Assembly (NCBI GenBank): GCA_963706955.1 | Contig: CAVPOC010000001.1 | Location: 64,001 to 128,000 of the forward strand | DNA: 64,000 nt | Direction of reading: 5' to 3' | Source of the DNA: an uncultured Verrucomicrobiae bacterium | Lineage (GTDB): Bacteria > Verrucomicrobiota > Verrucomicrobiia > Chthoniobacterales > Terrimicrobiaceae | Shown: one piece after another, positions 42,942-52,379 of the stretch | Layout: every line of letters starts with the position of its first letter | Position numbering within the stretch: the first letter of the stretch is position 1 | The notes under the pieces: generated by a model | Database searches by the model: none | What the model was told of the DNA's origin: nothing | What the model saw: the letters and a program-made list of their open reading frames with translations, nothing else | Program-made: the position numbers and the translations under genes

Positions 42942-43910
42942 TCAACGCATCGGCGCAGAGGGATGTCGATGGAAGGCCGCTCTGATTGCCGGTTCAGCTC
43001 CGGAGCGTCGGCCGAGATTGGCAACCGCCATACGGCAGAGGCCGATAAACGTTTGCTCTGGCTTCCGAAGTTCACGATTGCCTTGGTGAATGACCGCCCA
43101 TTGCCGCACGATTTTGGAACGTGGTGTCGGCCGCATGATCAGCGAACCTTCGGAGAGTTCCTTCTCGGCCACCCAGGGTGCCATCAGCGCGACGCCAAGC
43201 CCAAGCTTTGCCAGTTGCTTCATGATCTCGAAACTCGGAATTTCAACGTAAGAGGAGAGTCCCACGCCGCTGCGGAGAAAGAAATCCTCCGCCCTTCGAA
43301 AGGTGATACTCTTGCGGTGGTAAAGCAGAAAGTGCTCCTTCGTCAGATCCGTCGTCGTGACCGCGTCCTTCTCCGCCCACGGATGCAATGGAGAGAACAG
43401 GAGATAGAGACGGTCGCGGAAAAGCGGGTGCGCCTTGAGCCCTGCGGGCAGCTTGTCCTCAACAACCACGGCGAGGTCTGCCCGCCCCTCTTCAATTTTG
43501 CTGACCGCCGTTGGGCTGTCTTCAAGACCGACAATAATTGAGACCGTTGGATACGATTCTCGGAACTCCCTCAAAATCGGTGCGAGGACGATCTGCGCCA
43601 TGGCAGTGCTGAAAATTACCGTTAGCTTCGCATGGAACTCCCTGCGGCTGGAGACTGACTCGGTCGCGCGATCGAGGCTGTCGAGAATGCGAAGAACCTG
43701 TCCGAGAAAATGCCGCCCCTCCGGGGTAAGGTGGGTAGTTTTGCCTTTCTTGTAGACCAGGCTGCAACCGAGTTGTTCTTCCAGTCGCCGCATGCCGTGG
43801 CTGATCGCAGATTGCGTTAGGTTGAGCAGAGCTGCCGTTCTGGTGAAACTCCCTACCTGGGCGAGAGTAGCAAAGACCCGCAGCAAGCGAAGGTCGATTT
43901 CTGCCGCCAT
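42942..43910 (-). CDS. LysR-family transcriptional regulator
   Basis: LRLLRVF......GSFTRTA..LNLTQSAIS HTH, LTPEG, substrate-binding domain with LGLGVAL. Confidence 0.95.
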   Translation of the reverse strand: MAAEIDLRLLRVFATLAQVGSFTRTAALLNLTQSAISHGMRRLEEQLGCSLVYKKGKTTHLTPEGRHFLGQVLRILDSLDRATESVSSRREFHAKLTVIFSTAMAQIVLAPILREFRESYPTVSIIVGLEDSPTAVSKIEEGRADLAVVVEDKLPAGLKAHPLFRDRLYLLFSPLHPWAEKDAVTTTDLTKEHFLLYHRKSITFRRAEDFFLRSGVGLSSYVEIPSFEIMKQLAKLGLGVALMAPWVAEKELSEGSLIMRPTPRSKIVRQWAVIHQGNRELRKPEQTFIGLCRMAVANLGRRSGAEPAIRAAFHRHPSAPMR

Positions 43911-43912
43911 AC

Positions 43913-43958
43913 ATGCACTCTATTCATCATTATCCTGAAAAACAATCACTGTGTTCAT
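43913..43958. promoter_or_regulatory. LysR T-N11-A box(es) in the divergent promoter
   Basis: ATGCA-CTCTA-TTCAT at 43913-43927 and a weaker AATCA-CTGTG-TTCAT at 43944-43958. Confidence 0.55.
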
Positions 43959-44004
43959 GGGAAATTTCCGTGCATCGCGCGCTCTGGCGGACTACCTCAT
44001 CGCG

Positions 44005-45084
44005 ATGGCATCACGAGGTCGATCGGCACGCAGGTCACCAGGCCGATTGGTCGGAGCCTTCCGGCTTGGTTACGTCCCGCTGGTTGACGCCGCGCCCTTG
44101 CTGGTGGCGGAAGCGCTAGGTCTCTTTGCCGATCGAGGCCTGACCGTAGAGCTGAGTGCCGAGCTCGGCTGGGGATCGATTCGCGAAAAACTGGTCTACG
44201 GCGAGTTGGACGTCGCTCATGCTCCGGGTCCCCTTGTCTTTTCGATCCTCTTGGGCACGGATTCGAAGGCGTGCCCGGTGAGCACCGACTTTGTGCTCAG
44301 CTTGCAGGGCAACGCGATAACATTATCACGCCGTTTCTGGGACCGTGGCGTTCGCGACGTCCCTACTTTTCAAGCAATGGTGCGAAACGAAGCACCTCAC
44401 AAACCGGCTTTTGCCGTGGTGGCACGTTTTTCGAGTCATCATTTCTTGTTGCGCAGGTGGTTACGGAGCACGGGCCTAGACCCAGATCGCGATGTCCGTA
44501 TGGTCGTTTTGCCGCCGCCCCTGGTTGCCGAGCATCTAAAGGAGGGGCAGATCGACGGGTTCTGTGCGGGCGAGCCGTGGAACTCTGCGGCGGCGCTTTC
44601 CGGAGAGGGTTGGGTGGTTGCAACGAGCCTTTCACTCGCTCCGCGGCATCCTGAGAAGGTCCTGCTCGTCCGCGACGAACTGATTTTTCGTCAGCCGGAA
44701 GCCTATGGCATCTTGCGAACGGCGATGACGGAAGCCTGTCGTTTCTGTGATCAAAGTGAGAACCGCCGGAGTGTGGCGGACATTCTTCACGAGGCACGCA
44801 TCTTTCCTGTCTCGAAAGAAGTTCTGATGAACTCGCTCGTCGGACCGTTCCACACGGGTGTTGCCGATTTGGGTTCGGCAGAGCCATTTCTCGTCTTTTA
44901 TAGGGATGGCGCGAACGAAGCGACGGAGGAGCGTGCCAAATGGTGCCTGGAGGCCGTCTTGGAGACCGGCGCCTTAAAGGCCGACAGTCGAACTCGTAAA
45001 CTTTGCCTGGAGGCATTCCTCGACAAGCGCGAGCGGAGCCTTCCGCCGTCCGCGCGGACTACCCCGCATTCGACTGCTAAGTAA
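44005..45084 (+). CDS. Cytoplasmic CmpA/NrtA-family protein, NasS-like nitrate/nitrite sensor
   Basis: LGYVPLVDAAPL, GNAITLS, LPPP, DGFCAGEPWN, HPEKVL; no signal peptide. Confidence 0.8.
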   Translation: MASRGRSARRSPGRLVGAFRLGYVPLVDAAPLLVAEALGLFADRGLTVELSAELGWGSIREKLVYGELDVAHAPGPLVFSILLGTDSKACPVSTDFVLSLQGNAITLSRRFWDRGVRDVPTFQAMVRNEAPHKPAFAVVARFSSHHFLLRRWLRSTGLDPDRDVRMVVLPPPLVAEHLKEGQIDGFCAGEPWNSAAALSGEGWVVATSLSLAPRHPEKVLLVRDELIFRQPEAYGILRTAMTEACRFCDQSENRRSVADILHEARIFPVSKEVLMNSLVGPFHTGVADLGSAEPFLVFYRDGANEATEERAKWCLEAVLETGALKADSRTRKLCLEAFLDKRERSLPPSARTTPHSTAK

Positions 45085-45110
45085 TCTAAAGTCTCAGGTT
45101 GGCGAGAAAA

Positions 45111-45126
45111 AGGCACGAAACGTGCT
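45111..45126 (+). promoter_or_regulatory. Putative sigma-54 (-24/-12) promoter of the nrt-nir-nas operon
   Basis: AGGCACG-AAAC-GTGCT, i.e. GG-N10-GC spacing. Confidence 0.55.
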
Positions 45127-45339
45127 CTAGCCTAAGCACGACAACGGCAATTGCGCAGGGCATGAACTTCGAAACTCGCCAGGAGTGGGCTGGAGAGGGG
45201 ACTCACCTCTGGCGTGCCAGCCTCATCTTAGAACTGTCTGGCGCGCAGTTAATCGAGGGGAAAGGGAACCACCGCAGGAACGTTACCTGCTCTTATCCCA
45301 GCTCCTCCACGAGAATTAGGGAAGGGAAATTTATTAACC

Positions 45340-46659
45340 ATGGATAAAGACAGGAATCGGGAACTCTCCACGAGTCGCGGCACGTTGAGGGTCGAGGGAC
45401 ACTCGGGCATCACGCGGCGTCGATTTCTGTCGGGATCGGCCAAGGGAATTGGCCTGTCGGCCTTACTGAGTGGACTGCCGACCGGGTGGGTCGGCTCCGT
45501 GTTTGCAAGCGATGCCCCGGAAACGTCGGACCTTAAGATTGGCATCATTGCGTTAACAGATTGTTCAACCATCGTCATCGCGCATGAGAAGGGCCTCTTC
45601 AAAAAGTATGGGATCAGTTCGGTGGTGAGCAAGGGAGCCAGCTGGGCAGCCATTAGGGATGCCCTCTCCAACGGCGATATCCAAGCGACGCACATGTTGT
45701 TAGGCATGCCGATCGCTTCGACGATGGGGCTGGCCGGATCACCAAAGAAGCCGATGATCGTTCCATGGCTGCTAAACCGCAACGGGCAAGCCATCACGTT
45801 ATCAAACAAGTATAAGGGGAAAATCACCGAGGATCCGGCAACGCTCAAGCCGTTCGTTGACGAAGCGAAGGCCAGCGGGATGCCACTTTCGTTTGCCATG
45901 ACCTTTCCGCCGGGGACGCACGCGATGTGGATACGCTATTTTCTCGGCGCAGGTGGGATAAACCCGGATGCCGACGTCGCCCTCATTACCGTTCCACCGC
46001 CGCAGATGGTTGCCAATATGAAGATCGGCAAGATGGATGGGTTCTGTGTGGGCGAACCATGGAACGCTCGCGCGATCGCGGACGATGTTGGTTTTACCGG
46101 CATCACCACCCAGGCAATCTGGAAAGACCATCCTGAGAAGGTCTGCGCGTTCACGGCAGAGTTTGCGGACGCCAATCCAAAAACCATCAAAGCCGTGGTG
46201 AAGGCGTTGCACGAAGCGAGCGTTTGGGCAGACGATTTGAACAACCGGCCGGAATTGGCGAGGATCGTAGCCTCTCCCACCTACATCAATTGCCCGGAAG
46301 ACGTTATTCTAAGCCGCCTCCAGGGGAAATACATCATGGGTGACGGCCGCAAATTTCGCGATCCCAACTACATGATTTTTAGTGAGCGCAACTGCAACTA
46401 TCCGCAACCGAAATACGCCAAGTGGTGGCTGACGCAGTTTCGTCGTTGGGGGTTCGTTGAAGCAGCCCCCGACTACGAAGGCATATCTAAGCAGGTGATG
46501 CGGGCAGACATCTATGAAGAGGCGATGAAGGAGCTTGGCTATTCTCATGCGGGCCTTAGCGATGCGTCGGAAACGCTCTTCGACAACGTTCCGTTTGATC
46601 CCAAAGGCGACCTGGAAGCCTATGCTAAGAGCTTTTCCGTTCATAACCTAAAGGGTTAA
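45340..46659 (+). CDS. nrtA: Nitrate/nitrite ABC substrate-binding protein, Tat-exported
   Basis: TRRRFL twin-arginine signal plus h-region; IALTDC, NRNGQAIT, FAMTFPPGTH, DGFCVGEPWN, HPEK. Confidence 0.9.
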   Translation: MDKDRNRELSTSRGTLRVEGHSGITRRRFLSGSAKGIGLSALLSGLPTGWVGSVFASDAPETSDLKIGIIALTDCSTIVIAHEKGLFKKYGISSVVSKGASWAAIRDALSNGDIQATHMLLGMPIASTMGLAGSPKKPMIVPWLLNRNGQAITLSNKYKGKITEDPATLKPFVDEAKASGMPLSFAMTFPPGTHAMWIRYFLGAGGINPDADVALITVPPPQMVANMKIGKMDGFCVGEPWNARAIADDVGFTGITTQAIWKDHPEKVCAFTAEFADANPKTIKAVVKALHEASVWADDLNNRPELARIVASPTYINCPEDVILSRLQGKYIMGDGRKFRDPNYMIFSERNCNYPQPKYAKWWLTQFRRWGFVEAAPDYEGISKQVMRADIYEEAMKELGYSHAGLSDASETLFDNVPFDPKGDLEAYAKSFSVHNLKG

Positions 46660-46661
46660 AG

Positions 46662-47978
46662 ATGGCGGACCTCGCTCATCCCCAGGGAAGCGGACACAGG
46701 TCCGATAAGCCGGTTTCCCTTCGTTCGACGGAGCTTTTGGCCCGACGCGGCGAAGCTCTCGACCTTTCCCGGCTGCTTGCACGAAGTCGCTCGCCTCAGC
46801 TGTCGGTAGCTGGCGATCCCGAACTCGAGCACCTCACGTTCGGAATTCTCCCGTTGACCGATTGCGCCCCCATTGTCATCGCGCATGAAAGGAAGTTGTT
46901 CGAACGGTCGGGCATCACCTCAAGCGTGGCCAAATTTGGGAGCTGGACAGCCAGCCGGGATGAGCTCTTAAGCGGAAGAGCGCACGCAGCGCAGATGCTC
47001 TTCGGCATGCCTGTCGCCGCGGCCGTCGGCAAACTCGGCACGGAGCATAGACCGCTCGTTATTCCCTGGATCCTTAATCGGAACGGCCAGGCGGTCACCA
47101 TATCGGTCAGACACTCTCGGCGGGTAAGTTCAAGCGCCCGCGACCTTCGCGCCTTCGCGCAGGAGTGTCGCGAGAAGGGTCGGCCGATGGTCTTTGCCAT
47201 GACGCTTCAACCGGGGACGCACGCTATGTGGCTTCGCTATTGGCTCGCGTCCGGAGGCATCAATCCGGATACCGATGTTGCTCTGATCACGATCCCCCCG
47301 CCCATGATGGTCGCGAACATGCGGGCGGGGCGGCTTGACGGATTTTGCGCGGGCGAACCATGGAATGTGAGGGCCATCGAGGAGGAACTTGGTTTTACGG
47401 CGGTGCTCAGCGAGGAAATCTGGCCCGATCATCCCGAAAAGGTCCTCGCGTTCACGGAGGATTTTTCCGAGGCCTACCCGAATTCGGTGAAGGCAGCTCT
47501 CAAAGCCCTCCACGAAGCTTCCCTCTGGTGCGACGAGGAAAGTAACCGCGATGAGTTGGCAGCAATTCTCGAGCAACCCCAATACCTTGCTTGTCCTGCC
47601 AAAACCATCAAGTCACGCCTGGGCCCGGTGGTCGACTGGGCGGGCGGTCGCACCGCGCAGAATCTGCGCGGTTTGACGTTCTCTCGTCGCGAATGCAACT
47701 ATCCACAGCCGAAATTTGCCGTCTGGTGGTTGTCGCAATTTCGCCGCTGGGGCATGCTGCCCGCCGCGCCTGATTATCTCGGGGTGGCCACGCGCGTGAT
47801 GCGCCCCGATTTTTACGAGGCTGCCATGAACGAGCTGGGCGTCCCACATGGGCGGCCGGAATTTACTTCCGAAACCCTCTTCGATGGCAAGGTTTTCGAT
47901 CCGGCGCAGCCGGAGAAATACGCCGCAGAATTCGAGATTACCGCTCTCAAGCGAAAGCCGGCACTCCATGAATCATGA
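46662..47978 (+). CDS. Second NrtA-like protein without a recognisable export signal
   Basis: Closely parallels 45340 (LPLTDC, NRNGQAVT, PGTHAMW, GEPWN, HPEK, NYPQPK..WWL.QFRRWG) but has a hydrophilic N-terminus. Confidence 0.85.
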   Translation: MADLAHPQGSGHRSDKPVSLRSTELLARRGEALDLSRLLARSRSPQLSVAGDPELEHLTFGILPLTDCAPIVIAHERKLFERSGITSSVAKFGSWTASRDELLSGRAHAAQMLFGMPVAAAVGKLGTEHRPLVIPWILNRNGQAVTISVRHSRRVSSSARDLRAFAQECREKGRPMVFAMTLQPGTHAMWLRYWLASGGINPDTDVALITIPPPMMVANMRAGRLDGFCAGEPWNVRAIEEELGFTAVLSEEIWPDHPEKVLAFTEDFSEAYPNSVKAALKALHEASLWCDEESNRDELAAILEQPQYLACPAKTIKSRLGPVVDWAGGRTAQNLRGLTFSRRECNYPQPKFAVWWLSQFRRWGMLPAAPDYLGVATRVMRPDFYEAAMNELGVPHGRPEFTSETLFDGKVFDPAQPEKYAAEFEITALKRKPALHES

Positions 47979-48859
47979 AAGAATCAATCCTTAAGAAAAT
48001 TGATTGGCTGATCCTCCCGGCGATCGGCATCGCCGTTTGCATCCTGCTTTGGAACTTGATTGCCGGCAAGGAAGTGAGGAAGGAAGCCCTGGATGACTTT
48101 GGGGACAAGGTGGTCAAGGTCCAGCGGGTTGGAGTTTCCGCGGACCTTCCCTCGCCAGCCGAAACGTGGATGAAGAGCAAGCCCTACATCCTTGAGCCGT
48201 TCGCCAAGCGCGGCGAGTTGGATCAGGGGATTCTAAGCTTTACGTGGCTCTCCTTGAAATTGGTCGCGCAAGGCTACGTCATCGCTCTGCTTGTCGGCAC
48301 GCCGATCGGATTCTTGCTGGGTCTTTCCAGGACCTTCGCGAAAATGTTCGACCCGATCTTCCAAGTGCTTCGTCCGGTCTCCCCTTTGGCATGGCTGCCG
48401 CTTGGGATGGTGCTCTTTCTTGGCGCGAAGCTAACGATTCCCGGGGTTGGCCTCAGTTACTCGGCCTCGGACCTCGCCGCCATTTTCACGATTGCGATCT
48501 GTTCGATGTGGCCAACGGTTCTAAATACCGCGGTGGGCGTCCGCGCAATTCCTCAGGATTACCTTAACGTTGCCAAAGTCCTTAAACTCTCGAGGACCAA
48601 GACGCTTTTCAAGGTCCTCTTGCCGGCCACATTGCCGTACATGTTTACGGGATTTCGCCTTTCCCTGGGGATCGCCTGGCTCGTCATCGTGGCTGCGGAA
48701 ATGCTCACGGGGAAGCCGGGAGTCGGCGGCTTTCTCTGGCAGCAGTACAATGCCCTAAGCTATGCCCACATTATCTTGTGCATCCTCACGATCGGCATCG
48801 TCGGCTTCGTGCTCGACCGGTTAATGAGCATGGTCGAAGCGCAGTTTAAGACCGCTTGA
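47975..48859 (+). CDS. nrtB: Nitrate ABC permease
   Basis: DPIFQVLRPVSPLAWLP, NTAVGV, EAA-like loop, GIAWLVIVAAEMLTG. Confidence 0.93.
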   Translation: MKESILKKIDWLILPAIGIAVCILLWNLIAGKEVRKEALDDFGDKVVKVQRVGVSADLPSPAETWMKSKPYILEPFAKRGELDQGILSFTWLSLKLVAQGYVIALLVGTPIGFLLGLSRTFAKMFDPIFQVLRPVSPLAWLPLGMVLFLGAKLTIPGVGLSYSASDLAAIFTIAICSMWPTVLNTAVGVRAIPQDYLNVAKVLKLSRTKTLFKVLLPATLPYMFTGFRLSLGIAWLVIVAAEMLTGKPGVGGFLWQQYNALSYAHIILCILTIGIVGFVLDRLMSMVEAQFKTA

Positions 48860-48863
48860 GATC

Positions 48864-49781
48864 ATGACCGTGCTCGAAGTTAAGAACGTCTCCAAGGGGT
48901 TTGGTCCAAAGGGCAAGCGCACCGAGGTGCTCGAAGACATTACCCTTCAAGTCGAACGGGGGGAATTTCTCGCAATCATCGGCTATTCCGGCGCCGGCAA
49001 AACGACGCTGATGTCCCTGCTGGCCGGCTTGATCAAGCCAGACACCGGTTCGATCAAGTTGCACGGCAAACCGATGGAAGGACCTGGGCCAGACCGTGGG
49101 ATAGTTTTTCAAAACTACTCGCTGCTCCCGTGGCTGACCGTCTATGACAACATTGCGCTGGCGGTGGACCAGGTTTTCTCCAACTGGTCCGCTGAGCGAC
49201 GCCGTCAGCACATCGAAAAGCAAATTGCCACGGTGAAGCTGACCCCGGCGCGCGACAAGATCCCTCGCGAACTCTCCGGCGGAATGCGCCAACGAGTATC
49301 CGTGGCACGGGCGCTCTCCCTCCAGCCCGAGCTGCTTTTGCTTGATGAACCGCTCAGCGCTCTGGATGCGCTCACCCGCGCTAATCTGCAGGATGAAATC
49401 AACCGGATTTGCCAGGAAGAGAGGAAGACGGTCATTCTGATCACCAATGATCCCGATGAAGCCATCCTTCTGGCGGATCGGGTCATTCCGCTGACCGCCG
49501 GACCGCGCGCCACCCTCGGACCTTCCATCCCCGTAACCATCCCCCGTCCGCGCTCGCGCAGGCTGATCAACGAGAGCTACGATTTCAAACAGACGCGCAA
49601 TGAGGTGATCGAGTACCTTCTCATGGCCACCGATAAGCGCAAGGTCGCTATAAGTAAGAAGCTTATCTTGCCGGATCTTTTGCCTGAGGACCTCACCGAG
49701 CCGCGCTCGATCTTTGGCAGAAAACGCCGACCGCGCAGGCGCAGTGAGCAGAAGCGCGAGACGGTCGAGGTGGCCGTATGA
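48864..49781 (+). CDS. nrtC: Nitrate ABC ATP-binding protein (no C-terminal NrtA-like domain)
   Basis: [39 protein letters not shown]. Confidence 0.88.
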   Translation: MTVLEVKNVSKGFGPKGKRTEVLEDITLQVERGEFLAIIGYSGAGKTTLMSLLAGLIKPDTGSIKLHGKPMEGPGPDRGIVFQNYSLLPWLTVYDNIALAVDQVFSNWSAERRRQHIEKQIATVKLTPARDKIPRELSGGMRQRVSVARALSLQPELLLLDEPLSALDALTRANLQDEINRICQEERKTVILITNDPDEAILLADRVIPLTAGPRATLGPSIPVTIPRPRSRRLINESYDFKQTRNEVIEYLLMATDKRKVAISKKLILPDLLPEDLTEPRSIFGRKRRPRRRSEQKRETVEVAV

Positions 49782-50642
49782 GTGATCGGGCTTATCTCGA
49801 ACTGTGGGATCTTACCAAGAGCTATCCCACCCGACAGGGTGAGGCGGTGATCGTTAAGAACATTAGCTTCAAATTCCGCAAGGGAGAGTTCGTTACGATT
49901 ATCGGCCACTCCGGTTGCGGCAAATCAACGATCCTAATGATGGTGGCCGGACTAAGCACGGTGACTTCCGGCGGCATCGTTCTGGCGGGGAAGGAGCTCA
50001 ACGGGCCTGGTCCTGACCGCGGTGTTGTTTTCCAGTCGCCTTCGCTTCTTCCATGGATGAGCGCCTTCGAAAACGTCATGCTCGGGGTAGATCAGGTATT
50101 CCACACGGCCGAACGTCACGAGCGGCGACTTATCGGCGAATACTACCTGACTCTCGTCGGACTCGCCGACTCGATGCATAAGCTTCCCGCAGAGCTTTCC
50201 CAAGGCATGCGCCAGCGGGTGGGCATCGCGCGTGCCTTTGCCCTTGCTCCGAAAATGTTGTTGCTCGACGAGCCATTTGGAATGCTCGATTCCCTCACGC
50301 GATATGAGCCTTCAGGAAGTTCTGATCAGTCTTTGGCGTCGAGAGCGGATTACGGCCATGATGGTCACCCACGATGTCGATGAAGCGCTCTTTCTCAGCG
50401 ACCGGATCGTTTGCATGACCGATGGGCCAGCGGCCGGTATTGGCGAGATCGTGGAAGTCGATTTCCCCCGACCTCGCTTTCGCAAGGAAGTGATGGAGCA
50501 TCCCGATTATTACAAGCTTCGCGCACAGCTCATCGAATTTCTCGAGCTTCGCGCGCATCGTCCGTCTGGAGGGGTTGCCCCACCCGGTGTTGAGAGGAGC
50601 CCGGAGTCGAAACAAGAGCAGCGCGCGATTGCGATGACCTAG
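49778..50642 (+). CDS. nrtD: Nitrate ABC ATP-binding protein (frameshift near 50310)
   Basis: [30 protein letters not shown], then in a shifted frame LQEVL...[14 protein letters not shown]. Confidence 0.88.
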
Positions 50643-50659
50643 CATCTGAGTCTCACGCG

Positions 50660-52304
50660 ATGACTAAGATACCTGTGATTCCCGAAACGGCACCATTCGA
50701 TGCCATGCAGCGCATGTGGCTGAACGGCTTTCTCGCGGGTCTGTTCAGCTCAGAGCCCACCGCGATCGCGGTGTCGGCGGCCACCTCGTCGTCGCTGGGT
50801 CCATTGCTCTTTTTGTTCGGCTCTCAAACGGGAACTTCCGAGGGACTCGCACGACGCTTCGCGAAGGAAGCCAAGAAGGTGGGCTTTGAGACGCGCGTCA
50901 TCGGAATGGAGAGCTATTCGACCGATCGATCTTACTAAGGAAAAGCGTCTGATCATCATCACAAGCACCTACGGAGATGGGGAGATGCCCGATAATGCGC
51001 AAACCTTTTGGGACTATCTAAAGAACGGGACCGCTCCGCGCCTTGAGCATCTGGAATTTTCGGTCCTGGCCCTCGGCGATCGCAACTACTCTCAATTCTG
51101 TCAGGCAGGCAAGGCCTTCGACGCGCGGCTTGAGGATTTGGGAGCCAAGCGGATCCATCCTCGCACCGATTGTGACGTGGATTGCGAGGGTCCTTCAGTG
51201 GAGTGGTTCAACGGTTTACTCAGGTCGTTGGAGGGTGCTGTCCCTTCTGCGGGGACGAGTCAAAACGCCGTCACTTCCACCTCAACGGTTGAGAGCACGC
51301 CTTCCTTTGGCAAGGCCAACCCATTCCTTGCGGTTCTGAAGACGAATCGCGTTTTGAATGCCCCAGGTTCTGCAAAGGAGACGCGGCACCTCGAGATCAT
51401 CCTCGAAGGTTCCGGACTCGAGTATGAGGTCGGCGATGCCTTGGGAGTCGTGCCGACCAACTGTCCGGATTTTGTCCGCGAGATCTTAGACGCTGCCGGT
51501 CTTGACGGTGAGGAGGCCGTGAAGGCCCCCGATAACGAGGAGATGCCTTTACGGATGGCCCTGTTACGAAAGTTTGACCTGAAGTCCTTTTTGGCCGATC
51601 TGCCGGCAAAGGCTGCCTCAGCGGCGGATTTTGCGGCGCCGTTGCGAAAGCTGCAGCCGCGTCTCTATTCGATTTCCTCAAGCTCGAAAGCCCATCCGGG
51701 AGAAGTGCATCTCACCGTGGCCGTCGTCCGCTATGAATTGAATGGTCGTGCTCGCAAGGGCGTCTGCTCGACGTTCTTTGCCGATCGGGTCGGAGCGGAC
51801 ACTAAGGTCCCTGTATTCGTGCACCGGTCGCCGAGCTTCAAACTTCCCGCCGATGGATCCAGGCCCATCATCATGGTGGGCCCCGGCACGGGCGTTGCTC
51901 CATTCAGGGCCTTTCTCGAGGAGCGCCGGGCAGTCGCCGCGACCGGAAGGAACTGGCTTTTCTTCGGAGATCAGAAAGCTCTCTGCGACTTTCTCTATCG
52001 TGAGCAGCTCGAGGCGATGAAGCAGGATGGACTACTGACGAGGCTCGACACCGCCTTCTCCCGCGATCAACCAGAGAAGATCTATGTTCAAGATCGGATG
52101 ATCGAAAACGCTGGTGAGATCTGGTCGTGGCTGCAGGAAGGAGGATACTTCTATGTCTGCGGCGATGCTCAGCGCATGGCTAAGGACGTCGATGCCGCGC
52201 TCCACAAGATCGCCGAAACGGCCGGTCAGCTCTCAACGAACAGGCCGGGGAGTATCGTCAAGCAACTTAAGTTTGAGAAGAGATATTTGCGTGATGTGTA
52301 TTAG
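50660..52304 (+). CDS. CysJ-like NADPH diflavin (FMN/FAD) reductase (frameshift near 50922)
   Basis: Flavodoxin GSQTGT and STYGDGEMPDNA; RLYSISS, GVCS, GPGTGVAPFR, AFSRDQ.EKIYVQ, YVCGDA..MAKDV, RYLRDVY. Confidence 0.9.
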
Positions 52305-52379
52305 AAAACAAAGCCAGGCTGGCCTGTTGTTGGGGACGTGTGCGCTCCCTCACGTGCTCTTTATGCCATGTGAGAATCG

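Noticed and set aside
45135..45165. GACAACGGCAATTG as a possible ANTAR (NasT) target hairpin
   Set aside because: The loop resembles the motif but the closing stem does not pair, and I found no second hairpin or U-tailed terminator.
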